64,000 nucleotides of DNA. Source: Utricularia gibba (taxonomy: Eukaryota; Plantae; Magnoliophyta). The stretch covers positions 682,001 through 746,000 of the forward strand of contig NEEC01000014.1 of the NCBI GenBank assembly GCA_002189035.1. The letters are read 5' to 3'. The first letter of the stretch is position 1; every line of letters begins with the position of its first letter. Shown one piece after another: positions 39,385-50,945 of this stretch. The notes under the pieces are model-generated. The model did no database searches. It was not told where the DNA came from and worked only from the letters and a program-made list of their open reading frames with translations. The position numbers and the translations under genes are program-made.

Positions 39385-41366
39385 TCAGCGCTTGCTCTGA
39401 CTTGGGCTCTTGCTGCGGCTGCGGCTACGGCTACGGCTGTAGGCGTGCCTCGGGTTACCATTCGGGCTCTTGGGAAGCTGGATTTTTCAGATCAAAGAGG
39501 GAGGGCGGTGCCATCCATCAAATGTTAGTAATCTCATAACCTACATAACCTACGATCGGTGAGGGATGCAGAAAACAGAAATAAAGAAAGGAGTGAGGGT
39601 TCGTTACTGATGGTTTTGGGGATCTGGATCTTGATGGAGATCTGCAAAAGTTCCAAACAATCCAGTTTTAATATCCAGTTGTTGCTTTTACCAACTTTGT
39701 CCAATAGCCTCCATTAACTTCCATGAGATAGTTATGAAGGAAAAAGAAGGGGTGAGAAAGGACTAAAGAGACGTGAGGTCACAGGATACAAAGAAACGAG
39801 ACATATTCATCACGGGAGGATAAAGACAATGGACCGAAGCTCATCAGAAGAAATTTACCTTGAAATTGACTTTGAATGAGATCTTGGTCGACGGGGTGAT
39901 TTTGCTTTCGGCGATTTGCTGTTGTCAATATCAAGTTGAAAGGCAAACGATCAGATTGAAAGAATGAAACAGAACATGAAAAAGAAAAAAAAAAAAAAAC
40001 AGGACAACTACACAAGTAATCACTACCTTGCACTCCTGCTACGACTGCCAACAGGGCTCCTGCTGCGACTGCGCCCATTGGTTCTTCCCTTGGAGTAAGA
40101 GGGACTACGGCTACGACTGCGGCTCTGAGCATTGTTAGAATCATATTCTTTAACCTAGAACCATGAAGAGCATTTTCTTGTGAGAGAGTATCACAACGTA
40201 CAACAAAAAAACCAAAATTAGGGTCATACACGAATTCTCGCGCGTGAGAAAGCATTTCGAAACTCCGAGTCATCCAGTTTCTTGATCTAAACAGGAGAAG
40301 TCAAAATTGATAGTCAGGCCAAAAGACACCAGAAAAAAAAAAATCAGATGCCACTTACAGCATATTTCATGTCATCATAATTTGTATAATCCACGATTCC
40401 AGTCTTTCCTGCAGATTTAAAGATCGCCATGGCTACTAAGACACTCAATAATACCAAAGACACTGTTTGGTTAGTGAACAAGAAACACATCATCTTACCA
40501 CTCCCTTCATTGAAAACATCAGAGAAACATACATCTCCGGCTCTTCTCATGTGATCCTACATAGAAACAGAAACATAATACTCAGCATTTTCATACCTCG
40601 CAAAAAAAAAAAAAACCTGTTAAAAGACTTGTACCTTGAGATCTTGCCATGAAGCAGAATGTGGAGCCCAGTCACAAGAACTGAAAAGCCAACACGCTCA
40701 TAGAAACACTTTGAAGACCACTTGAACCATTGGATAGTAGAAGAAAACAGATGTGATTAAAAAATATCGTCACCTCTATAATCCGAGCGCCTAGAAACTC
40801 CTCCCTTAGGACCCCGGCTACTGCTATAGCTACTATAGCGATCAGAGGATGATGAGTGACCACGACCACCGTGTGCAAGCTCAACCTAATTGCAGAATCC
40901 ACAAATTAATTGGAAGAGCAAAATATATAGTTGAGCCCAATAAATTACATAAACATGCAAGCAACCCGCAGGCGATGCCCATCAAAATCATAACCATCAC
41001 GTCCCCGAATCGCATCCTCGGCATCACGAGCATCTTCAAACTGTCACAAATAAATCAGATCAGGACACCCAAAGAAGAAAAAGAGCCCAAAATCGAGTAA
41101 AAAATACCTCTACAAACGCATAACCAGGGGCCTTGGAGGGATTTTTAAATCAACATGCACAATGGGCCCATACTGAAAAAAAAAAAAAAAGAATTTCCGG
41201 CCGCCACTTAGATAAGAGGATCCAATCTGAAAGGAAAAAAAAAAGAAGCAACAACAGGATATTGTGACACGCAGTATAATACCTTGTAAAATATATCTTC
41301 CACTTCACGCTCCCGAATGTCGCCTGGAAGGTTACCGACGTAAATGGTTCTGCTGGAGCGACTCAT
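39385..41366 (-). CDS. SR34: SR-subfamily splicing factor (SR34/SR30-like, two RRMs plus RS domain); two apparent 1-nt deletions
   Basis: Exons 41366-41283, 41172-41108, 41040-40966, 40885-40774, 40680-40635, 40556-40499, 40408-40359, 40286-40230, 40154-40027, 39918-39859, 39641-39608, 39477-39385. [39 protein letters not shown] and an RS tail. Exons 2 and 5 are each one base short. Confidence 0.92.
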
Positions 41367-41873
41367 TCTTGCTATTGCAAGTCCAGGCAAGCAGAGAAAG
41401 GATAAAAATGATTAAAATGCAGCAAAATGTTACGAAATGAGGAAACAGAAACACATTGAGAATGAACGAAACGAAACGAGAAGAAAATTAAACTGAATTA
41501 AAATTTAAAGGCAAACAGAAACAACTTCAATCGCATAATCATCGAAACATCGAGAAACAATGCAGCAACTCAAGCACTAATACCAACGGAGTAAGACGTT
41601 GAATTTCTGTACGCAATCGAAGAATTTCGGAAACGGAAAAGACTTTGGGATTTACCGACAGCCAAGTGCGGCTCGCGAGCGGGAGCAGAAGACGCTCTAG
41701 GGCTGTCGTGATGCCGCGACGGTGCGATATTGGGGGGAGGGGGGGGGGGCAATATAGAAACTTCCTGAAACTTGTTTACAAGGGCCTGGAGTCCAAAAAG
41801 CAATTATGGGCTTCCATTCGGCCCATATAGGCCCGTTTACTTCCCCGGGTCCCACAGATCGCCAGTTCGCGTC

Positions 41874-42576
41874 ATGACATCACTCACGCAATCAACGCGA
41901 TTTCAATTCAACGGCTTCGGCCACGAACGCCGTTCACCGTTACGCCCAAAACTCCGGCGTCGGATTGTCGCTCAAGGTACTAAAAAGCCACCGGAAAGAA
42001 AGACAAGGTCTCCCCGTCATCTAATTTTCCTCCTGCATAATGTGTACGGCGTTGTCTATTTCTCCAAGTGCAGAAAAGGAGTTGAAGAGGCTTGGGCGAG
42101 ACACTCCACTGCTCTGTAAAAAGATTTTCTCATTGCTCGTCGTTGGCTTGGTTGTTCTGTATTGTATCTTGATCGGGAATGAAGTGCAGAGCATGAGGTC
42201 TACGTTGGCGGGCTTCATTACCATGTGTCTCATGATGAAATTCATGCTCTGTTTTCAGAAGTGTGAAGGTGGCGCAATGGGTGCAGGTTGTGCTTTTGTG
42301 AAACTTGTAATGGAGTTTCCTAGGGTTCCAGCAAGCATTCATTTGAATCTTCTGCCAAGACATGAAGGAAATGGGAAGCTTCCTAATAATCAGGGTTCTT
42401 CAGTCCCAATTGGGAAATGGGTCGAGGTATCAGCATCCATCTTGGTGGGTGGATTACCAGTGAGCTATGATGTACCTCTTCACACCATGGATGCAATCTA
42501 CAACGCCTTTCTCTGTAATTCTGCTATTTGGAAGAGGTATCCGTTCCTTGTAAGCTTCGGGAATATATCAAGGTGA
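41874..42576 (+). CDS. Candidate unrecognised gene: transit peptide-like exon 1 plus a 178-codon hydrophobic ORF
   Basis: ATG 41874 (MTSLTQSTRFQFNGFGHERRSPLRPKLRRRIVAQ...), AG|GT donor at 42007/42008, and an acceptor near 42069 that joins in frame to ORF 42040-42576. No family recognised. Confidence 0.35.
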
Positions 42577-43110
42577 CAGACAGTGTACGAGGTTTGCAGC
42601 AAGGTTATGTTCCTTGTAAGCTCCGGGAACATGAGTAGCAACAACAGATTAGGGGCTTCTTCCTTTCTACCGTCACCTACAATAGCATCCAGCCAATCCA
42701 CAGCAATATCAAGTCTGGGCGTTGCTTCTATGCCCCCTGCAAAAGTTTGCTTGACAAAGCTCAGGAAGAAAAGGTCAGGTATGCTACAAGCTCGACCGTT
42801 ACTTCCATTTTGCATATCTTGCCATGATGAAGAGACGGCAGGGAACGAGAATTAGAAGGTTCAATACCCAAGAGATAAGAGGCAGAGGCAGTAAGGTATT
42901 GCCACTGTATTATTATGTGAAATTCCTTAGTCGGTGTAACAGAAAGAAACAAGCTATAGCATTGAACATGTACCGAAATGCATCATTCCGAGTGCCATCA
43001 CAAAATCCAAAATGGCAGTACTGCATACAAACAGTAGACACGAGAAATGACGATGTCTCGTTTAAACCACAAACGGGAACAGAAGAAGAAAAAGGTTCAG
43101 AATTGTATAT

Positions 43111-43635
43111 CTAGAACTCTTGCGATGCAGAGCCAATCTCTTTGTCTCTTCCTCCAGCCTTCTTCGGCAACAAGGTCTGATGAATATTGGGCATGACACC
43201 ACCATTTGCGATCGTCACATTCCCCAAGAGTTTGCTTAATTCTTCATCATTCCTCACCGCTAATTGAATGTGCCTTGGAACGATTCTATTCTTTTTATTA
43301 TCCCTGGCCGCATTGCCTGCCAACTCCAAGACCTAAAAAGAAAAGAAACCGCAATCAGATCCAAGTCATTGAATGCGAATATCCGATCGCCAATCACGGA
43401 ATCAAAACAAAAAAGGAAAATATTTTCCTACCTCGGCCGCCAAATACTCAAGCACGGCGGATAGGTATACAGGAGCTCCGGCCCCGACCCGCTCGGCGTA
43501 CTTCCCAGCCTTGAGAAAACGCGCGATTCTTCCCACAGGAAACTGAAGACCGGCCTTCGATGACCGCGAAACCGCCTTGGCTGATTTCTGCCTCCCTCTT
43601 CCACCCTTCGTGGTAGACGCGGCCGCAGAACTCAT
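43111..43635 (-). CDS. H2AX: Histone H2A variant H2A.X
   Basis: Exons 43635-43432 and 43332-43111. [20 protein letters not shown] histone fold and C-terminal SQEF phosphorylation motif. Confidence 0.98.
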
Positions 43636-43648
43636 CCTTAGGTATCGT

Positions 43649-43814
43649 GATCCGCGAGAGAAATCAGGACACAGGAGAGAAACGAGATATCGGCGCACTC
43701 AATCAACCTAACCGACTCCATCCCAACCCCATATATAGGTTCCAGCATTCCATTCTGATTGGCTGGAGCGGAAGCTCCACGGATTGCCAGCCTGGCAGTG
43801 GCGGGAATTCCCGC
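43649..43814 (-). promoter_or_regulatory. H2AX proximal promoter: histone octamer, TATA, CCAAT and palindromic double E2F-like site
   Basis: CGCGGATC (43656-43649), TATATAT near 43731-43737, CCAAT (43762-43758) and the perfect palindrome GCGGGAATTCCCGC (43801-43814). Confidence 0.6.
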
Positions 43815-45180
43815 GAGCGAAACCAAAACCCACAAGCCTTCAAATTTTCAACCCGCCCAAACCACAAGCTTCCGCCCCGACCCGCCCCGACCCACCCAAA
43901 AGAAGGACGCCTATCCACGAAATCCATTTTCATTTTTTATTTTATTCCCAAAAATCCAATCAACGTCACTCGAATGTTCTACAACCATGTGGAACACCAT
44001 ACCCTTACGTCCCCCACAAAAACAACATGCCCCAAAAACCCCACCGTGACCAAAACCCCATCCTAACGGGACAGGGCACATGCTTAAATATAGAAACTAT
44101 ACTCATATTTTAGCATTAAAATTTTAACCCAAAGTCCTGAAAATTATATCCAAGAATTTGGAATAATAGAAGAGGAATGGGTCGGCAGCCCCGCCATGGT
44201 TTGGTTGTTGTGTGCTGCTTTGATTGTGCAGGTAGCAGCAGCATTAACGCAGGGAAGAAGGCAGACTTGTGGACAGCCTGGAAAGGGACGCCCTTGGACT
44301 GTTCGTAGCGTATGCGTCCAACCCAGGGAAAAAAACAAAACACGAAACAAAACAAAACAAGGGGTGGGCCGGGCCCACTCTATGCTGCCAACCCGGTTGG
44401 ATTATTATTATTTCTTTTTTTTTTTGGTAAGTTGCAAACCTGCACAAACCTATTACAAATTTGGGTATTCGGAATGCGTAAAAAAAATGGGCATGCTGTT
44501 AAAATTTTTTGACTGAGTGTGTGAGAGAGAAGAGGAAGATCACCATTTTAGACAAATCTATATATTCTAAGAAAAGGATTTTGATGTTCGAATCATTTAG
44601 AAAATTGATCATTAGATCTTTCTTTCTTACACATTAATAAATTTTTTTTACATATATGGTAATTATTTTTCTTACAATTTGGAATGGTGTAATGAAAAAA
44701 TGCAGGGAGATTTGTTTTGGGGGAGGAGGGACACTTTGTGTGTTAGAAACGGACAGTTTTGTTCAATTTGGCTTTTCCTGGGGGCATTTGTCGTTTGCGT
44801 TGTCGTTGACAGCCATCTTCATTGACTCTTTCCCCATCCTATCCGCTATCCCTCTGTCTTCCTCACACGCGCCACTGTCTTTCCCATTCCACTCACTAAC
44901 CACCACAACCTTTCTCTCGGCCTCCTCCTCGTCTCCTATTTATATACGTATATATATAGTAGATATATTGGATGGGTGCCGTTTGGCGATTTGGTGGAAC
45001 TGTAATCAACCCTCGCTTTTGTTGCTCGCTTTAGTCCATCTCGCCGGAGGGGGGTCTTGGGCGTCGCTGTGCTTGATTGGATCGGGAATCCGGGGCGTGC
45101 GCTCGACGATTGGTTGTTTGGGGTTGCGCTTCGGCGGATCACTGTGCGCGATCTTCGTATAGTGATTGTTCGGGGGCTCG

Positions 45181-46454
45181 ATGACAGGCGGAGGGGAAGT
45201 GAATGCAGCCGAACCACGGGTAATCTTAATTTTCTGTTTCCGGTGCTTTTGCTCGGACTTTAGAACGCGATTTTGTGATGGGGGTTAGTTTCTTCTTCCT
45301 TTTGCGCCGGGAATTGGAAAGGGGAGGGGCGACGGGGGTTAGGGATTTGATGCGCACTGTTGAAAGAAAGATCCTTTTACTCCCTGTTTGTCTTATGAGT
45401 ACAGAATTGCATCGAAACAGATGTAGGGTTTTAACTTTCTGTGATCGTGCAGATGTTGGTACCCCTCAATACATGGATTCTGATATCCAAATTTAAGCTC
45501 GACTACACGATGCTCCGGCGATCCGACGGCACGTTCAACAGAGAACTCAACGAGTACCTTGACCGGAAAGTGCCGGCGAATGCCATTCCAGTTGATGGGG
45601 TTTACTCCTTTGATGTTTTCGATCGGCCTACAATGCTGGTTAACCGGGTGTACTTGCCTGCACCTGAAAACGAACTGGAATGTGACATTCCTGAAGTAGG
45701 AAAGCCGTTGAGCGCTACCGAAATAGTACCTGTTATCATCTTCTTCCATGGGGGCAGCTTTGTTCATTCCTCTGCCAATAGTGCCATCTATGATACATTC
45801 TGTCGCCGGCTGGTTAAGACATGCAGTGCTGCTGTTGTTTCTGTCAATTATCGCCGGTCGCCGGAGCACCGGTTCCCATGCGCCTATGAGGACGGATGGA
45901 CTGCTCTTAAGTGGGTGCATTCAACGTCATGGCTGAGAAGTGGGAAGGAGAACAAGGCTCATGTGTATTTGGCAGGGGATAGTTCAGGAGGCAATATTGC
46001 TCATCATGTAGCTGTAAGAGCAGCACAGGAAGGAGTTGAAGTACTGGGAAACATCCTTCTCCATCCTCTGTTTGGAGGGGAAGAGAGAACAGAATCTGAG
46101 AAAAGATTGGATGGCAAATACTTTGTAAGGATCCGAGACAGGGATTGGTATTGGAGAGCCTATTTGCCAGAAGGAGAAGACAGGGACCATCCCGCGTGCA
46201 ACGTCTTCGGCCGAAGAAGCACAAGCATCAATGGGCTAACCTTTCCCAGAAGCCTTGTGGTTGTGGCTGGGTTAGACCTTGTGCAAGATTGGCAAATGAG
46301 ATATGTTGAAGGACTGGAGAAACAGGGGCAGCAAGTGAAACTCTTGTATCTTGAGAAGGCCACAATTGGATTCTATTTCTTCCCAAACAATGATCATTTC
46401 CAGTGCCTGATGGATGAAATCAGGGGCTTTATCCAAGCGGGAAGTCTAGAATGA
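45181..46454 (+). CDS. GID1B: Gibberellin receptor GID1 (GID1B-like)
   Basis: Exon 1 45181-45219 (MTGGGEVNAAEPR) and exon 2 45453-46454. VPLNTW lid, HGGSFVHSSANSAIYD, GDSSGGN and ATIGFY. Confidence 0.95.
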
Positions 46455-47018
46455 TTATGCTGGCACCCAGAAACCATACCTGACCCAATACTCAATCATG
46501 ATTGTAGATAGTTCATACCTCCCTGTGAATGTAGATTGTAACCCAATTCTTGGATTTGCAACTTATCCAGTACATGTATGAACTTGGTGTAATCCATATT
46601 ACTACACTGTCTGTCATTGATGCAACCAGGATCATTCTACTGCAAATGGATGCTACTGCACAATCTGACATTAAAATAATTATACCACTTCTGATCACAA
46701 GTTTTGCTTTTGTTCAAGAAATACATATACACATGATTCTCAAATAATTCGATGCTGCATCGCCCTCTATGTTCGTTAGCTTACCAGAGAAAAGGAGGAA
46801 CAATTAAATGTAGAGAAATAGAAGCCCAGTTAGCAGAGTAAATGTAGGAGCCCAGGTACACTGTGTACAAGCAAATAGAAGTGTGATCACTGCACAGGCA
46901 GATAGAAATAAGAACCCACGGAATCCTAGAATGAAAAGACTAGCCTCACCTCTTATTGCAATGAACAGGGATGAATTTGTTATTTTTACACAATGAGTAT
47001 TCTCCGTACAACCAGCAT

Positions 47019-48659
47019 TCATGAAGAGTTAGAATGAGGTAAACGAAATGTGTATCCACGCTTGCACATCAGCCCGGCAACCAGCTCAAGCTTACGTATT
47101 TCACCCCTCTTTTTGTATGCAATACACAAAATACTCAAGGTTTTCTTGGAGAAAGGCATATTTATTTTCTCCATTTCACCAAGAACTCCCTCCATTTCAT
47201 CCAGACGCATATGCAACGCATACATAACCATCTTGCAGTGATAAAGAGATCGACATAGCTTCCAACCCGCATTTTCTGCACGGCATATAAAGTCTGAGAG
47301 CCTGTCCACTGCATCGTGCCTGAAATAACTTGAAATAATGCATTTCATGACACCAACTGTTGTTACATAGACATTGTTCTGGAATGCCTCATTGATTGAA
47401 TTTTCCATTTGATCCAACATATCCTCCCTTGCGTATAGACAAATCAATAGAACATTCAGCCAAGGTCTGTATTCACTATCAGGAATCAACCTGAGCAGCT
47501 TTCCAATCTTCTCAACTTTAGCAGCATCAGAACTCCTACAATAGGCACATATCATTGCTCTAATCAAATGAAATTTATCATTATTGATATGATCCTTGAC
47601 CATATCATAAATCTTTTCCATCTTCCCCACCTTACCGGAGTTTGCATATCCTCGTAGCATCAGCAGATTGATAGCAATATCCGGCTTCAATGGTCCTGAT
47701 TCCATGAGTTGATATGTCTGTTCCATTTTTTCCCACATCCACGCTACCATATAACCAGATATCAATGACTTGTATGTGTTGATCGTTGGAGAAAGATTCG
47801 AAATATGAATTTCTGCTTGTGCTGCTTCCATGTGATCAGTGAGCAACAAACGACCAAATGCAGAAATGAGTAGATTGTACGTAACTATTGATGGGGCACA
47901 TTTAGACTCCATCTTCATAGCTTGGAACACTTCCTGACACTTCATAGGTAAGCGATTGTAAAGATATGCACTCATGAGCGCATTATATATAGATGTAGCC
48001 TTCAACTCTTTAGAGGCAGCTTCTTTAAAAATGTCAACTGCAAGATCAATACACATCAATCTACCAGCCGCAGAGATACCCTTTGAGTACTCCTCAGCTG
48101 TCATAGGAGCATATATTTCTTCTCGGTCCCTCCTCCAACTAAAAACCTGAGAGCAGTCGCTTACACAGTTACTAGGATTAACAAAATACCCCTTATTCAC
48201 AAAATACAAAAATAAGGGAAAAGAAACAAAGTGATTAGAATAAAAATCTCTCTACTAAAGTACCTCCATAACAACACTTGGAGAATCCTTCAGTTGTTTC
48301 ATCAGTTCAGTCACAGCAGATCCAATACGGTACTCCCGAAACAAAGAAACCCCTTTTTCTTCCAGAACATGCTTAATTTTCACGAAATCTTCGCCATGAC
48401 TCAAAATTTCGTCTTTCAGATCACAAATTTTCCCCTTGAACTCTCGTTTCGCTTCCTCAGACAAGGGCTCCCAGCCATCTACAAAGAGGTGCACAACGTC
48501 TGAAAATATCTTTTGACTGCCATTGCTAGATGGCATTTCAGCTACATATTTTCGAGTATGCTGAAGCAGGATTGAAGAACGTGCACCAATTTCATTTGCA
48601 GCTACGTAGCAATATGAGATACTTCGACGACATCCATACAACACAGAAAACCTCAACAT
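47019..48659 (-). CDS. P-class pentatricopeptide repeat protein, organelle-targeted
   Basis: Exons 48659-48264 and 48146-47019. About 35-aa helical repeats such as [27 protein letters not shown] and [12 protein letters not shown]. Confidence 0.92.
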
Positions 48660-48919
48660 TCGATTCCTTAATCGCAAACGCAGACTGATAGGATTTTACG
48701 CATTCTCCTTCCAAAGCAGCAGCAGCAGAAACAGAGCGTTGCGCTGCTTTTTTAGGGGTTTCGGTGGGTTTTGATAAGAAAGCCGAGATCCACAGAATGA
48801 AAGTTATTGTTGAAGAAATTGGGACTTTTCCTCGTAAGCGGCCCATTTGGAGGAATACTAAGCCCATTTAAAGGCCCAGTTGGATGGTGAACGCCGGAAA
48901 CGGACAAAATATTAACGGC

Positions 48920-48944
48920 GAGAGAGAGAGAGAGAGAGAGAGAG
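48920..48944. repeat. (GA)12 microsatellite in the BSD gene leader / PPR-BSD divergent promoter
   Basis: GA run ending 24 nt before the BSD ATG. Confidence 0.9.
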
Positions 48945-48968
48945 TGGCTTCCAGATCGCTCCTGAACA

Positions 48969-50464
48969 ATGAATTTTTTCAGATCCATTTTGGCAGATGA
49001 TTCCGATCCGCCGGAATCCGGGAACTCCGTCAAGGGCTCCGTTGATTCAACTGCCCTCGTATCAGAAACCGCTGGTGGCGAAGTTTCGGTTTCTCATACG
49101 GATAACGCATGGAGCTTTGGGGGGATGCTCAAGAATTTAGCGGCGCGATCCGAATCGGTGATCGAGACGTATCGCAAGGATCTTGAGGAATTCGGGTCGG
49201 GTCTCAAAAAAGAGACTGAGATTATTCGAGTGGTGGCTAGTCGTGCTGTGAAGGATCTTCCGGCTTCGCTGGAGGCGGGTGCATCAGTCGCGCATGGTGT
49301 GTTCGATGGCGTGCTGAAATCAACTGCCGAGATTATTTCGAGGGAAATGGGGTCCGATGGCGAAACTGATACGCCAGGAAAGAATGGTGGCATGAATTCA
49401 GGTAGGTATAGTCGGTTTGAGGCGCAGTTGAGTGCCCTTCAAGGTGATTTGAATACATTCTGTGAAGACCCGGCTGACTTGGCGGAGTTTGAGAATTGGA
49501 GATTGAAATTTCAGGTAGAGGAGAAAGGTGATGAAATTGACTTTTTGATTGTTAAAAGTGGCACTCTTGATGGGATATATAATAAAGTGGTTCCCAGTAT
49601 GGTCGATCGGGAAACGTTTTGGTGTCGATATTTTTACCGAGTGGATAAGCTTAAGCAACCGGAGAAGATTCGAGAGAGTCTTGTGAAGAGAGCGATGTCT
49701 GGAGAGGAGGATGATGATGAGTTGTCTTGGGATGTCGATGATGAAGAGGACGGTCATGGGATCAATCAGGATGTTCTCCTAAAGATGAATACAAGCGGTG
49801 GCGACCGGGATACAAGAGTGACTGATGAAAGCTTGCTTCTTGCTGAGAACCAGGGTGCTTTGAAAGAGAAATTAGATGGCGTGAAGGAGGAAACTGTTGT
49901 GGAGACAGAAACAAGTGTTGGGAGTGGAGTTGTAGAAGTTGTTGATGAAAGTTCGACACTTTCTGATGGGCCAAACCATTTGAATGCAAAGTTACATGAG
50001 GAAAAGGAAGGAGCGATTGTTTTGAAAGATGATCATAGCAAGAATGAGACTGTGGTCTCAAGTGGTACAGATGCTACACTTGATGATGGAGTAAAGAATA
50101 GGAATATTGATGCAAACAATGAAAGTCGTGGGGATGTTTTGCAGGATAAGAAAGAAGATGAATCTCCAGTTAAGAAAGGCAGTGCGGAAAATAGTGATAA
50201 TGTAGTTGAAGAGAAAAGGATGCAAACAATTGACTCTAAAGAGGAGCGCGAGAATGGTTCTAATCACAAGGAAAGGAGGATACAGATGAGTTGAGTTGGG
50301 ATGAAATTGAGGACACTGCAAGTGATGAGGAGAACAAAAGCTCAGCTGCCAAACATGGGGCGACAACAGATAGACCTGCTTTGAGGAAGCAGTTGAATGT
50401 GAATGAGGATGATGAAGATTTGAGTTGGGACATCGAGGATGATGATGAACCTGTGAAATCTTGA
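48969..50464 (+). CDS. BSD domain protein, intronless; apparent 1-nt deletion near the C-terminus
   Basis: MNFFRSIL start and BSD core VVPSMVDRETFWCRYFYRVDKL. The ORF stops at 50294, but the shifted frame continues DELSWDEIED...EDLSWDIEDDDEPVKS to TGA 50464, matching the family C-terminus as I remember it. Confidence 0.9.
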
Positions 50465-50945
50465 TGATGGTTAGAATGATTCTGTGTAAATATCCCTTTT
50501 TCATATTTAGCTTCAAGTAGAACCAAACTACAGGGTGGTATGCTTTTATTTGCCCCCATTCATCTGTGTTGTTGATGCTATGTATCATAATCTTGTGCTT
50601 GTGAATAGTACAGAATCTTGATTTCTTTAATGAATCTTGGAATGCATAAGTTTCAGACTTCATGGTTCAAAATGCCAATTGTTGCTCCCAGTGAATTGGA
50701 AATTATAATGTTAAATTGCAGGTTAGGAGAGCTCAGTGAAGTGATGTTCATCAGATTCAATAGGAGTTTCTTGATCAAACAGCGCATGGTAAGAAGAAAC
50801 CTGTTCCAATGTTGGGAAGAAAAGGGACCGCTGCCTGATGTCTCTGGTTTGATCTTGAGGAAACAAATGCCAACCTTCTTGCGGCAAATTTCAATAAAGA
50901 CGGAAATTTTGTTCTCTTGATGGAGTTTGGGCAAGAAAAGGAGTC

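Noticed and set aside
44116-44516. Stack of 66-106 aa ORFs on both strands between H2AX and GID1
   Set aside because: Low-complexity promoter sequence with no family similarity or coherent exon structure.
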